A stretch of 64,000 bases of DNA from a virus, in the IMG/VR virus record IMGVR_UViG_3300020419_000004. One strand, written 5' to 3'. Below are positions 45,701-55,100 of this stretch, piece by piece. The notes below the pieces were generated by a model. The model was given only the letters and a program-made list of their open reading frames with translations. It made no database searches and had not been told where the DNA came from. Each line of letters opens with the position of its first letter. Position 1 is the stretch's first letter. A program made the translations under genes and the position numbers.

Positions 45701-46418
45701 ACCACAGATACAAAGTCAGGTAGAACCTATGACAAGCATTGTTGCTAGAGTCAAGGGTACTAGTGGAACCTCATGTGGTCCTTTCCCAGTTGGCGAGAGT
45801 GCAGAAACATCATTTACTAAGGACAGCAACTGGCAAGACATTACTATTGCTGAGGAGAACTACTTCCCAGACACTAAGATCATTGCTAACCAGTTGAATG
45901 AGATTAATAGAATGAGTAGTGCTAAATCATTTACTATGGAACTTAACCTCAGTACTGAGGTAACTCACCTATCTCCTGTCATTGATCTAACTCAGTGTGC
46001 TATTATTACTACTGCGAACCAGTATAATAACATCGAACCTACTTCAGGTATTGGTGGAGAGTGTGCTGCTAACTATATTACTAAGGTGGCAAGACTAGAG
46101 AAGAGTGCTAGTGGTATCAAGGTCATGCTTGCTGCTAATACATTCAATCAATCCAAGATCGTAGTGATGTACAAGTTGGTTCCAGTTGGTTTTGCAGGTA
46201 ACCTTGATGATCTAGAATTCACATTCTTTAACAGCACAGGTAGACCAGATAGCGGTGAGTTAGTTCCTCAGAACGACTTAACCACATTTACTGACTATGA
46301 GTTCACTGTTGAGGACACTGATGACTTCGATGCATTCCAGATCAAAATCAGTCTGCTCAGTTGGAGGCAACCATACATACCTAGAGTAAAAGACTTTAGA
46401 GCGATAGCGTTGGCATAA
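39732..46418 (+). CDS. vrlC: VrlC-like (DUF4815) virion structural protein
   Basis: NIAPYYDDFD...LFKPGYPVQARELTTLQS, APGADR, GFIVDNF and DPLAQTF motifs. Confidence 0.85.
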   Translation: MAQNTNLNIAPYYDDFDQSKGFLKVLFKPGYPVQARELTTLQSVLQNQIDTFGTGVYKEGSMVVPGGITLNNDVACVIIQNTYLNLDVELYRTALDGLVIKGSTSGVRARILFSISATTSTKNNITFYVNYLQKATDNTTSYFSDGETFTCETDFTYASTTIAAGTPIAQLLNSNSNSRGSTASVGSGTYYVRGYFVPVNEQTLILDQYGTSPSYKVGLKVEERIITADEDATLYDNAIGSTNFSAPGADRFKINLSLVKKAVTDPNAADFIELLRTDTGKIQKKVERSTLGFINDVLATRTKEESGNYYVKKFTIDARENLDDGFNNGVFASGSTTSDGNTPSESNIAVQLSGGSAYISGYRTERLSTSYKDVEKPRTFDTVVNQSLTSDFGNYVFMTNQHQAPTIYETIELRDTVTTTPGSPAGTVIGLARSLNFYHESGAYNNQETVYRTYLSDTQLFTKITLTGSGTWTNGRKVYGATSGATGFCRSGSGTTGYLYQTNGTFVAGEDLKVNNAGGAAHGTIAAGGVRAYNFSDVKSYAFSSGGGTADAVMDVRVALPGSGPIISGQSGSGTSQTATITATLSNFNTQLKVGDLVEFSNNGIAHKCSVTAVTSGSVFTVQKAEAGAGNMANGAINGSVVRSRPEIKEATKKKLLTPLGFEALKNTNNNNSQNPAGYYRMSVTGVSVSGGAATVDVGSGLLIKNADSGDDFVVSVTSGTGDGDILKEGDFTTGNPSVNTQSVALGGLCGGGSGTIDVTVTVYSSNRSAKAKTTERMKILKIDKTTVSGSPNGLTTATTGNGYRVDDDRIALGTGDVFKVKAVYESVNQSDPQLPQFTYTNLLGTLSVDEVITGDTSGSRARIISTTSNIVYFIPVEDDVFTDGETITAPNATLKITTGGLVKGATDITDSFDLDDGQRDQYYDYSTLTRKAGYSAPTHRIYVIVDRFLTTAGVNPYTVDSYSTSEYKIIPEFDTGNLRDVIDFRPIVAELLTGAGSVASPWTLNATKFLDFDNRAFTGNLTGIPGIGDTTIISLQHYLGRIDKVFMNKDNIVQVVKGAPATNPAPPDDIDDAMLLATLRYEPYVFDVEEDISIEETNFKRFTFRDIQVLENRIKNLEYYTQLSLLEGETAGMEIRDASGLSRYKNGFIVDNFASLATADTLHPDYRVSTDFEEGQMRPSHYTTQVPLTYGTSSANVQQTDDIITLPYTDAVLIDQPYASAVENVNPFNVFTYVGDIELYPENDNWVDTKSLNPIKGPVVEGNFMTTVREYNADQNGFSPIQWNSWKTTWTGNSVTKETGSWRRSGKHRRRRDRTITTTSTTTTKQTRSGIRFRVTPVIEQQSLGSRVVSVEHIQFMRSRNIEFVCQKLKPRTKFYAFFDGITLAKKLITPKVMGLVKDPSTDAQTNSIPFQIGETIHVKKGNGKFRFKARVASPNEGYNINPLDGTDITTISDYKSNLSFINIDTKSLADQVKGTYYGSPKINDYIVGETSGAIAKISNKDLVTDKKGKLRGSFFIDQPNVDGNVKFKTGTKLFRLSDSDSDSKVVGISDSNGEAEFTSSGLLETTQETIISVRNAKVTSEDMKDARTVTSASVSTETETRWCDPLAQTFLVEDSTLEGGVFLTKIDIFFFTKDEEIPVALDVRTVENGNPTQDILPFSKVVKDPEDVFTSTDASKPTSFTFKAPVFLPFRQEHAIVLTSDSNQYKVFISLLGKDAIDAAHSGEKISEQPYIGVLFKSQNASTWTPSQYEDLMFKIYRAEFTIPTTAANSTLVLENAQLGESNGGVLNLRTNALQTTSGSDEIRIFHGNHGQQSGLNYVELSGAISEVANTTVNVGAGLSTTATSVTVADASQFHTTIGGSAVGSSNTGFIRVVGTQEDGSGDEIIAYDSIAGNVINFNSTGRKYSGSSGSSTGLAHADGAVVECYNLCGIPLTLINTTHNSTTGGVISINSPHSYNLKITNKNAGKSINCGGPNLTVSQNVPWDVLTPQIQSQVEPMTSIVARVKGTSGTSCGPFPVGESAETSFTKDSNWQDITIAEENYFPDTKIIANQLNEINRMSSAKSFTMELNLSTEVTHLSPVIDLTQCAIITTANQYNNIEPTSGIGGECAANYITKVARLEKSASGIKVMLAANTFNQSKIVVMYKLVPVGFAGNLDDLEFTFFNSTGRPDSGELVPQNDLTTFTDYEFTVEDTDDFDAFQIKISLLSWRQPYIPRVKDFRAIALA

Positions 46419-46642
46419 TGGACAAAGATATAATTGAACTGATCCCTGTCGAAGGACATAACCAACTTGGTAGGGATCCAAATTCTAATGCAATTGTGAA
46501 TACTGACTTAACTGCGTACGAGTCTTATAAGAAAGCACGTGCAGAAGCTAAGCGAAAAGCAACAGAAATGGAGGATTTGAAGGGTGAAGTTGCCGAATTG
46601 AAGAGTCTTGTGAAGAGGTTGATTGAGAAAGAAGATAAATAA
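46418..46642 (+). CDS. Small coiled-coil hypothetical protein
   Basis: VEGHNQLGRDPNSNAIVN motif; TAATG overlap. Confidence 0.8.
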   Translation: MDKDIIELIPVEGHNQLGRDPNSNAIVNTDLTAYESYKKARAEAKRKATEMEDLKGEVAELKSLVKRLIEKEDK

Positions 46643-46656
46643 AGTTAAGCTAAATA
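46635..46656 (+). promoter_or_regulatory. T4-type late promoter variants
   Basis: ATAAATA (46635-46641) and CTAAATA (46650-46656). Confidence 0.6.
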
Positions 46657-46672
46657 ATATAGTTGTAAAAGA

Positions 46673-47011
46673 ATGGCTAGTGCTGTATCCAATTTACTGA
46701 TATATCAGGGTTCTGACTTCATCATCGACTTCACTATTGAAAACGATAATGGGACAGTATTCAATTTGACTGGATATACAGTAGCATGTAAAATCAAAAA
46801 GCATTACACAAGTAGTACGTCCACTACTGTAACTGCTGCAGTTCTTTCACCTGCAACCAGTGGGCAGATTCAATTATCTCTCACAAACGGACAAACGGCC
46901 GCAATGAAGTCAGGTCGTTATGTATATGATGTCGTTATCACAGCAACGTCTGGTGTAAAATCCAGAGTGCTGGAAGGTTCTGTCAGCGTACTTGAGGGGG
47001 TAACTATCTAA
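46673..47011 (+). CDS. Virion structural protein (Ig-like, BppU-N-like)
   Basis: IYQGSDF...NLTGY...GRYVYDV...RVLEG motif. Confidence 0.8.
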   Translation: MASAVSNLLIYQGSDFIIDFTIENDNGTVFNLTGYTVACKIKKHYTSSTSTTVTAAVLSPATSGQIQLSLTNGQTAAMKSGRYVYDVVITATSGVKSRVLEGSVSVLEGVTI

Positions 47012-47232
47012 TGGCAAGACTAAGATTTGGAGATCAATCAGTTCCAAGAGTAACACGAGTCGCCACAGGTGGTGGTGGAGGTACTATTGGAGGAATGTCT
47101 GATGTAGATCTTACAGACGTATCTCAAGGAGGACTAGCCGACGGTTCAGTGCTAGTGTATTCTGCTGCAGACACAAAATTTGTTCCAACGAACGTATTAA
47201 ACAACATCACTATCAATGGGGGTAGCTTCTGA
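47011..47232 (+). CDS. Small virion/fibre-associated protein
   Basis: Gly linker and DVD...DGSVLVY repeat-like motif. Confidence 0.75.
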   Translation: MARLRFGDQSVPRVTRVATGGGGGTIGGMSDVDLTDVSQGGLADGSVLVYSAADTKFVPTNVLNNITINGGSF

Positions 47233-48917
47233 TGGCTTCAAATATACTCATAAAAAGGAGTACTGGTTCAACCGCACCAGGCAGTATTACTTACGGTGAA
47301 TTAGCCGTAACAACAGGTGCTAATGGTACCCAAGCAAACGCAGGTGACCGTGTATTTGTCGGAGACAATAACGGTGCTGCTCAGGTTGTGGGTGGTAGAT
47401 ACTTCACAGATCTACTAGATCATGTCCATGGAACTATTACCGCAAGTTCTGCTGTACTTCTAGACAGCAACTTAAAAGTTGATAACTGGAATGTTGATGA
47501 CATTAACCTAAATGCTAACGTCATTACTACTTCCACAACTGACTCTGACCTTGTTTTCCGTGCAAATGGCACAGGTAAACTGGTAATTGAAGATGGTCAG
47601 GAACTAGAATTTGGAACTACAGGTGATGTAGAATTTGTATTTAACGACTCTGATGCTGTTGTAGACATCAAGCGTGTAGCAGGTACCCCCGACTTGCGTA
47701 TCGCTGATGACATGAAGCTTCACTTCGGTAATACAAAGGATGCTTCCATATACTATGATGAGACAACTTCTGACAAAATCCAAGTAGAGGGTGCAGATTG
47801 GAACTATGCTGTCGGTGTTACTGCAAGTTATGCAGATACAACTGATGCTTCCAACGTAGCAACTGCATCTGTAACCTTTGCTGGTGGTATTGGTATTTCA
47901 GCAACCACATGGACTAAAGACCTTAAGGTTGATGACAACACAACTCTTGGTACTGCTAATACAGACATATTGACTGTTAATGCAACAACTACCTTTCAGA
48001 ATGGTGTAACCTTTAATGGTCAAACAAATATCTCTGGTAGCACACAGCAGACTGGTGATATTCAGATTGATAACCTTAAGTTAGATGGTAACACACTATC
48101 TACTATTAATAGTATACAAGAATTGATTATTGACCCATTTCCTGCAGGTGGAGACGCTGATGGATTGGTCATAATTAAAGGTGACCTTCAAATTGATGGT
48201 ACAACAACGACTGTTAACAGTGCTTCAATGTCTGTTAATGATCCTACCATTGAGTTGGCTGATCCTACTACACCTGTCACAGTTAAAACTCTTGCTACCT
48301 TTGCAGGTAACGCAACAGTTGATGTTATACTTGACACTGTAGAGCAATTACAAGTAGGTAATTCAATTACTGGTACTGGTATTCCTGGTGGAACTACAAT
48401 CTCTGCTATCAATACAGGTACAAAAACTATTACACTTAGTGCAGCAATTACTGCTGACCAAGTTGTAGGTGCTACCCTAGTATCAGTTAGGGGTGCTGAT
48501 GATGCAATGGATCGTGGTGTTAAAATCCACTACAATGCTTCTGGAACTAATAAGTTTGGTTTCTTTGGTTATGACCGTACAGGTGGTAACGATGGAGCAG
48601 GTGCATGGACATTCATTGAAGATGCAACTGACACTGGAACAGTTTTCGGTGTAACTGGAAACCGTGGTACAGTTGTATTGGGTGATCTTGAATTAGATAC
48701 CGACCTCGCAGTTCAATACGGTGGTTCTGGTGCTAGTTCATTTAATACAAATGGTATCATCTATGGTAATGGCACAGGTGCCTTACAAGTAACTGAGGCT
48801 GCTAATATGGCATCTCCTGGTACTACACCTGACATGGCCGAATCTTATCAAATTTTAACCGTAACCTCTGGTGGTGTTCCCGTATGGACGAACACGATCG
48901 ACGGGGGTACCTTTTAG
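47232..48917 (+). CDS. Tail fibre-like structural protein
   Basis: ILIKRS...GELAV N-terminal motif, IDGTTTTVNS, C-terminal IDGGTF. Confidence 0.8.
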   Translation: MASNILIKRSTGSTAPGSITYGELAVTTGANGTQANAGDRVFVGDNNGAAQVVGGRYFTDLLDHVHGTITASSAVLLDSNLKVDNWNVDDINLNANVITTSTTDSDLVFRANGTGKLVIEDGQELEFGTTGDVEFVFNDSDAVVDIKRVAGTPDLRIADDMKLHFGNTKDASIYYDETTSDKIQVEGADWNYAVGVTASYADTTDASNVATASVTFAGGIGISATTWTKDLKVDDNTTLGTANTDILTVNATTTFQNGVTFNGQTNISGSTQQTGDIQIDNLKLDGNTLSTINSIQELIIDPFPAGGDADGLVIIKGDLQIDGTTTTVNSASMSVNDPTIELADPTTPVTVKTLATFAGNATVDVILDTVEQLQVGNSITGTGIPGGTTISAINTGTKTITLSAAITADQVVGATLVSVRGADDAMDRGVKIHYNASGTNKFGFFGYDRTGGNDGAGAWTFIEDATDTGTVFGVTGNRGTVVLGDLELDTDLAVQYGGSGASSFNTNGIIYGNGTGALQVTEAANMASPGTTPDMAESYQILTVTSGGVPVWTNTIDGGTF

Positions 48918-48928
48918 ATTAAATTAAA

Positions 48929-49132
48929 ATGAACGCACAAATTGTTATTTCTAGATTACAAAGAAAAGTATCTGAATTGACCCTTATTAACGTGATGCTG
49001 GAAGCACAGATTGAAGACCTGCAAACCCAGTTAAATAGTATAAACGAACAACCTAGTGATGCTCAAGTAGATGGCAACGAGAATCAAACTCAAGAGATCG
49101 ACAACAGCGACGACAGTCCCGACGACTTCTAA
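48929..49132 (+). CDS. Small coiled-coil protein
   Basis: 67 aa; overlaps the next gene by 62 nt. Confidence 0.7.
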   Translation: MNAQIVISRLQRKVSELTLINVMLEAQIEDLQTQLNSINEQPSDAQVDGNENQTQEIDNSDDSPDDF

Positions 49133-52100
49133 TTTAGAAGACGGTGAAGTCGCGGTTAATATAGCCGATCAAAAATTATACGCCAGAAATGGTGCAGCGA
49201 TAGTCGAAATTGCGAACCAGAAACCGAATGTCGGTGAGGTGACTACTGCTATGTTGGCAACGGACATTACGAACGGTGCTGGTAACACATGGTTCGTTAA
49301 CAAGTCTGGTTCTGACGTTACTACATTATCAAACTCTGGTGCGAATGGTAAGCATTCAGATTCTTCGTTCCTTACAATCGCTAAAGCACTTACTGTAGCA
49401 CAGTCTGGAGACACTATATTAGTGGGTGTTGGAGAGTTCCAAGAAGTATTTCCCCTAGCAATTCCTGATGGTGTAACTCTACGTGGTACTAATCTACGTT
49501 CAACTCAAATAACTCCTACATCTGGAACTAAAACTAATAACGCAATGACGTTATCAGGAGATTGCCACGTCTCTGATATTACAATTAAAGGTTTTGAATA
49601 CGCTAGTGGTGCCGATACAGGATATGCATTCGTTCTAGTATCAACAGTTAATTCAGAAAAAAGTCCATATATTGAAAGAGTAACAGTAGCAACTAAAGGT
49701 AGTGTAACTTCTGCATCAGATCCCTATGGATTTAACCAAGGAGATGCAGGACGTGGTGCTAAATTAGATGGTGCATTAATAAATTCTGCTTCACAGCATG
49801 CTGCAGTGCTCTTTAACGAGTGTACTTTCATCACACCTAACCAAGTTGGTCTTTTACTGACTAATGGTATTCGTTGTGAGTGGTTAAATTGCTTTAACTA
49901 TTTTGCATCTATTGGTATACAAGGTATCCAAGGTGCTACAGGTAAGTATGGAGCAGGTCAAACAAGATTAAAACTAGGTGGTACAAGTGGTACTTTCTCT
50001 GCTGCTGAGGTAATATATCAGTTAGAGGATGGTTTCCAGTCAGGTACATATACTAGATCAGGAACTACTGTCACTCTAACAAGAACTGGACACGGTTTAG
50101 TCACTAACGACTACATCTATGCAGACTTTATCAGTGGTGGTGCTACAGATAACTTCTATCAAGTTACTAAAGTAGACAATAACGTTGTTACATTTAGTGA
50201 TAGTGCATCTGGAACTATAGCAGCTGGTAACGTAACTTATAAGAAAGCAGTTGGTCGTGGTGTTATTGCTTCTAATGATGGTACTTACCTCTATGTTAAT
50301 GGTAAGGGAAGTGGGATATTCACAACTGCACTCAAACCAGTAAAGGTATTAAGTAGATTTGGTGACACCCAAATTGACACTGCACAAAAGAAATTTGGTT
50401 CAGGTTCACTACTACTTGACGGTACGCAAGATAATTTAAAAGTTCCTGACGATACAGACTTCGGATTTGGTACTGCAAACTTCTGTCTAGAGGCATTCAT
50501 ACGTCCAGCTAGTGTTACTGGCATACAGCATATATTTGACCTCAGAAACGCTTCTGCTACAGACACAGCAGGTAAACTTTACTTAAATGGTACTGCACTA
50601 CATTACGGTGTAGGTAACGCATCTACTCGTACTGGTGGTACTCTATCTACAGGTACATGGTATCATGTTGCTGTTGCAAGAAATGCTGGAACTACTAAGT
50701 TATTCTTAGATGGTGTAGAATTAGCAACTGGTGCTGATACAAATGACTATGGAACTACAAAACCTGTTGTCATAGGTTCAGACTATCAGGCATCTCCAGC
50801 TGAAGCATTTAATGGACATATTGATGAGGTAAGAATTAGTAAGGGTGCTGCTAGATTTACTGGTGCATTTACTCCCACTACAGGTGCATACGTTTCAGAT
50901 AATAATACTGTACTACTATTACATGCTAATGGTGACGATGCTTCAACAACATTCACTGATGAATCTGGTGGAACATCTGATATTAGATCAAATGGTGGAG
51001 ACAGTGCTACTCAGGTAACAACTGCTGACTACTCTGCATTTGGTGCTGAGTTGCGTTCAGTTGCTTCTGCATGTGTATATGGTAGTAAAGGTGTACAGGC
51101 AGATGGATCTGGTGTAAAACTCTTATTGACTGCACATAACTTTGCTTATGTTGGTGCTAATGCTGACTATACCAATGACCCCTCACTTGCTATTCAGGCA
51201 AACGAAGTAGAAGAACTGAATAGTGGTAAAGTATTATACTCATCAACTGACCAAGACGGTGACTTCCGTGTTGGTGATGCTTTCACAGTTGATCAAGCAA
51301 CTGGTAACGTTCAGTTCCAAGCAACATCTACCGCCCAGTCTGCTGCCAACATCACCTTGAGTGATGGAACTGGTACTACTAACATCTATCCTGCATACGT
51401 TGAAACAGGTAACTTACGATTAGCAGGTAATAGTCTTACATCTACGTCAGGTAAGATCATCCTCGACCCTGCAGGTGACGAAGATATTCAGCTAAATGGT
51501 CAGGTTATTGCTCCAGAAAATATCTACTTTGCTTCAAATAGACTAGCATCTTTCCTAGGTACTGGTAACTCTTCTGTTGCGTTCACAGTTGGTACTTATG
51601 CACAAGCAGGTTTCTCCTCTTTTGGTATCTTCTCGAATAAGAACTTTGGTGTTAACAAGAAATCTCTTAACGAAACCACTGGTGTTACAATCACCAACGA
51701 AGGTTCAGGTTATACACCAGGTGCATATAGTGCTGCAACCTTATCAAACCCAGATCTAGTTGCTACAGCAACTGCAACCCTTGCAACTGATGGTTTAATT
51801 GGTACTATTACCATCACTAATGCAGGTTCTTTATATACTACATCTCCTACTGTAACCGCATCCCCTACACCATCATCAGGTATCACAACCTTCCTAACTT
51901 CTCTAGAGAGTGGTGGTAAGGTAGCAATCATTGCTGTACCAGGTGGATCAGGTGGATCAGGATACACATCACCTACAGGAATATTTACTGCACCTCCTAA
52001 CAGAGAATTTGATGCTAATACTTCTATTGCTAACAACGCTATAACATTTACTAATACATTCCTAAGCAATGGTGACAAATGTGTTTACGATAATAATGGT

Positions 52101-55100
52101 AATAGTGACTTAACTAACCTTACTAATGGTTCAACATATTATGTTGTAAATAGAGACGCAGTAAATCATACTATTCAACTTGCTGCAACTTCAGGTGGTA
52201 CTCCAATCGTTCTAAGTGCAACTGGTGCACAGGAAATGCATATCATCAGAGGTTTCACTGCTACTACTGGTGCAGTAACTGTAGCTGCTGGTGTCATCAC
52301 TGCTGTTGCTATAGCAGATCCTGGTTCAGGATACACCGTGGGTGCTTCTCCTACTCTTACTATGAGTGAGGATGGTGGAGCAGGAGTTACAGCTGCGACA
52401 TTTACAATCACACTTGGTTCTCCAATTTCTGCGGTCACCACTACAGGTGATGGTGTGTACGCTTCAATACCTACACTTACTGTTACTAATGACAGTAATG
52501 ACACCACAGGATCTGGTGCTGTACTTACCGTTTCTAATTTAACATACGCTATTGCTTCCCTAACCATTAATAATGGTGGTTATGGATATTCATCTACTCC
52601 ACAAGTAAGTTTTAGTGGTGGTAATGCAACTAACGATGCTGTTGCTACTGCTGTTCTAGACACTGAATTAGGACAAGTATCAGAAATTACTTTATCACAA
52701 GGTGGTGAAGGATATGATTCAGTTCCTACCGTTGTTATATCTGGTGGATCTGGTACAGGTGCTAATCTAGCTTTAACAGTCTTACCTATCGGTGGTACAA
52801 TAACATCTGCAGGATCTGGATACGTAGCTGGAACTTATGCTAACGTTTCATTCACATCGACTACAGGTAGTGGTGTAAATGCTGCTGCAACATTCACAGT
52901 TCGAGGATTATTTGGTACTATCACAGCAGGTAGTGGAGGTACAGCTGGTGAGTATATGCAGATTGACGTTGTTAATAACAATCCTGCAGCGACATACACA
53001 GTCACCACTGTCAATAAATTACAGTTACCTTCTACTGTTAGTGGAATAACAGGAAGCGTAACCGTCGGTGCTACTGCCACAGGTGCAACATCTGGTGCAA
53101 CTGGTGTCGTAAGTTATGTTGGTGCTGCAGCTGCAGGTACTGACAGTATGGTATTCCTAAACTTCCCTGTCACTTCAGGTACATTCCAAGATAACGAAGT
53201 AGTTAACTTCTCTAGTGGTGGTAGTTTGACAACTAGTGGAGATCCAGCTGCAAGAGGAAGATATTTCATAGACGGAACTGAGGCAGCAAGTCTTACTATG
53301 GTTCAGGGTAATACATATCGTTTTGATATGTCTGATACCAGTAACAACGGTCATCCACTTGTTATGGATGGTACATCTCAGGCTGCTACAACAGAATTTC
53401 AAACAGTAACATACGGAACTGCTGGTCAAGCAGGTTCTTTCGTAGACATAGTTGTTAAACCTAGTGCAACTATAGGTAACACTGCATACTACGAGTGTTC
53501 TACACACGGTCGTGTTATGTCGGCAAATGCCTTAATTAACGTTACTGCAGGTGCTGCTGGTGAATATGGGCATGGTGCTCAAATGGATATTACCGTAGCA
53601 AGTGGTGGAGTCACTGTAGCAACCTTTGCAACAGGTATGCAAGGTAGTGATTATAAAGTGGGTGACGTTCTTAGGGTAACAGCCACTTCTCTTATTGGTG
53701 ATACCTCAGGGTTCTTATATACAATCACTGGTAATGACACTGGTATCTTTAGTATAACTGAGATACAGGCATCTGGTTCAGGTTATGCTGTTGGAGATCA
53801 ACTTAGTGTTGATGACGCAGACGTTGGTAATGCAGGTGGTTCTGGTTTCGTATTTAACGTAACTAAAGCAGGTTATGTATCTTCTGCTCTTGTTAGTGCA
53901 GGTGGTGGTGGAGCAGGTTTCTTTAGTGGACAAACTCTAGTATTTGATAGTCTACAGTTTGCAGGTATGGGTGATGGTGGATCAGGTTTTGCTATGACAG
54001 CAAATACTATTGACACTACTGGTATCACAACTATCTCTGGTGATGGTTCATTAACCTCAGCAAAATATGCATTCTCAACTGCAGGCGATCTAACAATTGG
54101 TATCGGTGGTTCTACCACAACAAGTATTTCTGCAGACACTGTTACAACCACAAATGGAAACTTTACTGGTAATATGGTCATCGGAACCAACGCTACTGTT
54201 GGTGGAACCTTTGGTGTTAATGGTATATCAACCTTCACAGATAATATTACAGCTAATGGTCTAGACAACCACATCTTAAATGGTAAGATTGGTATCCAGA
54301 ATGGTACTAATACCGTTCCTTCAGTTTACCTAGCAGCTGACACTACTACTGGTTTCTACAGATCATCTGCTAATGAGATAAGCATCACACATAACGGTAC
54401 ACAAAAGCATGTATTCTCGCCATTGAGTATACAAACTGCAGGTGATATCATTGCTGATAGCACTATTGGTAATGCTGCTCCATTCTTTAAGGTAGATTCT
54501 ACTAACGAAACTCTAACTGTTGGTACTGCAAACTCTGGACTTCAACTTAACAACGCTGCTGTACTGACTGCTGCAGGTCAAGATGCTGACATTCCTGTAA
54601 CCATCACTCCTAAAGGTGAAGGTGACATGATCATCACTGGTGGAACTAATAGAGACTTTGTAGTTAATGATGGTGTTGTTGGGCAAGACAAATTAAAATT
54701 AGACACTCAGACTGGTGATGCAGAATTAACTGGTACTTTAAAAGTTGATGAGAAACTTAAGTTTGTAACATCTGCTATTGAAAACGCAGACATTGGTGGT
54801 ACTAACTCTTTCGGTGAGATAGTCACAGTTGGTATTACTGGTACAGGATCAGGTTACACTGATGGTTCTTACACTGCATGTACTGTAACCGCAACGACTG
54901 GTGTTGGTTCAGGAGCAACCTTTGATGTCACAGTATCTGGTGGTGCGATTACTGCTGCAACAGTAACGACTGCTGCTAGAGGTTACAACTATTATGTTGG
55001 AGAAGAGATCACACTTAATCCTGCTACGATTGGTGGTGGAACTGGAAACACTATTACTATTCTTGACACACAAGGTCAAGGTTTAACATTAAAACCAGGC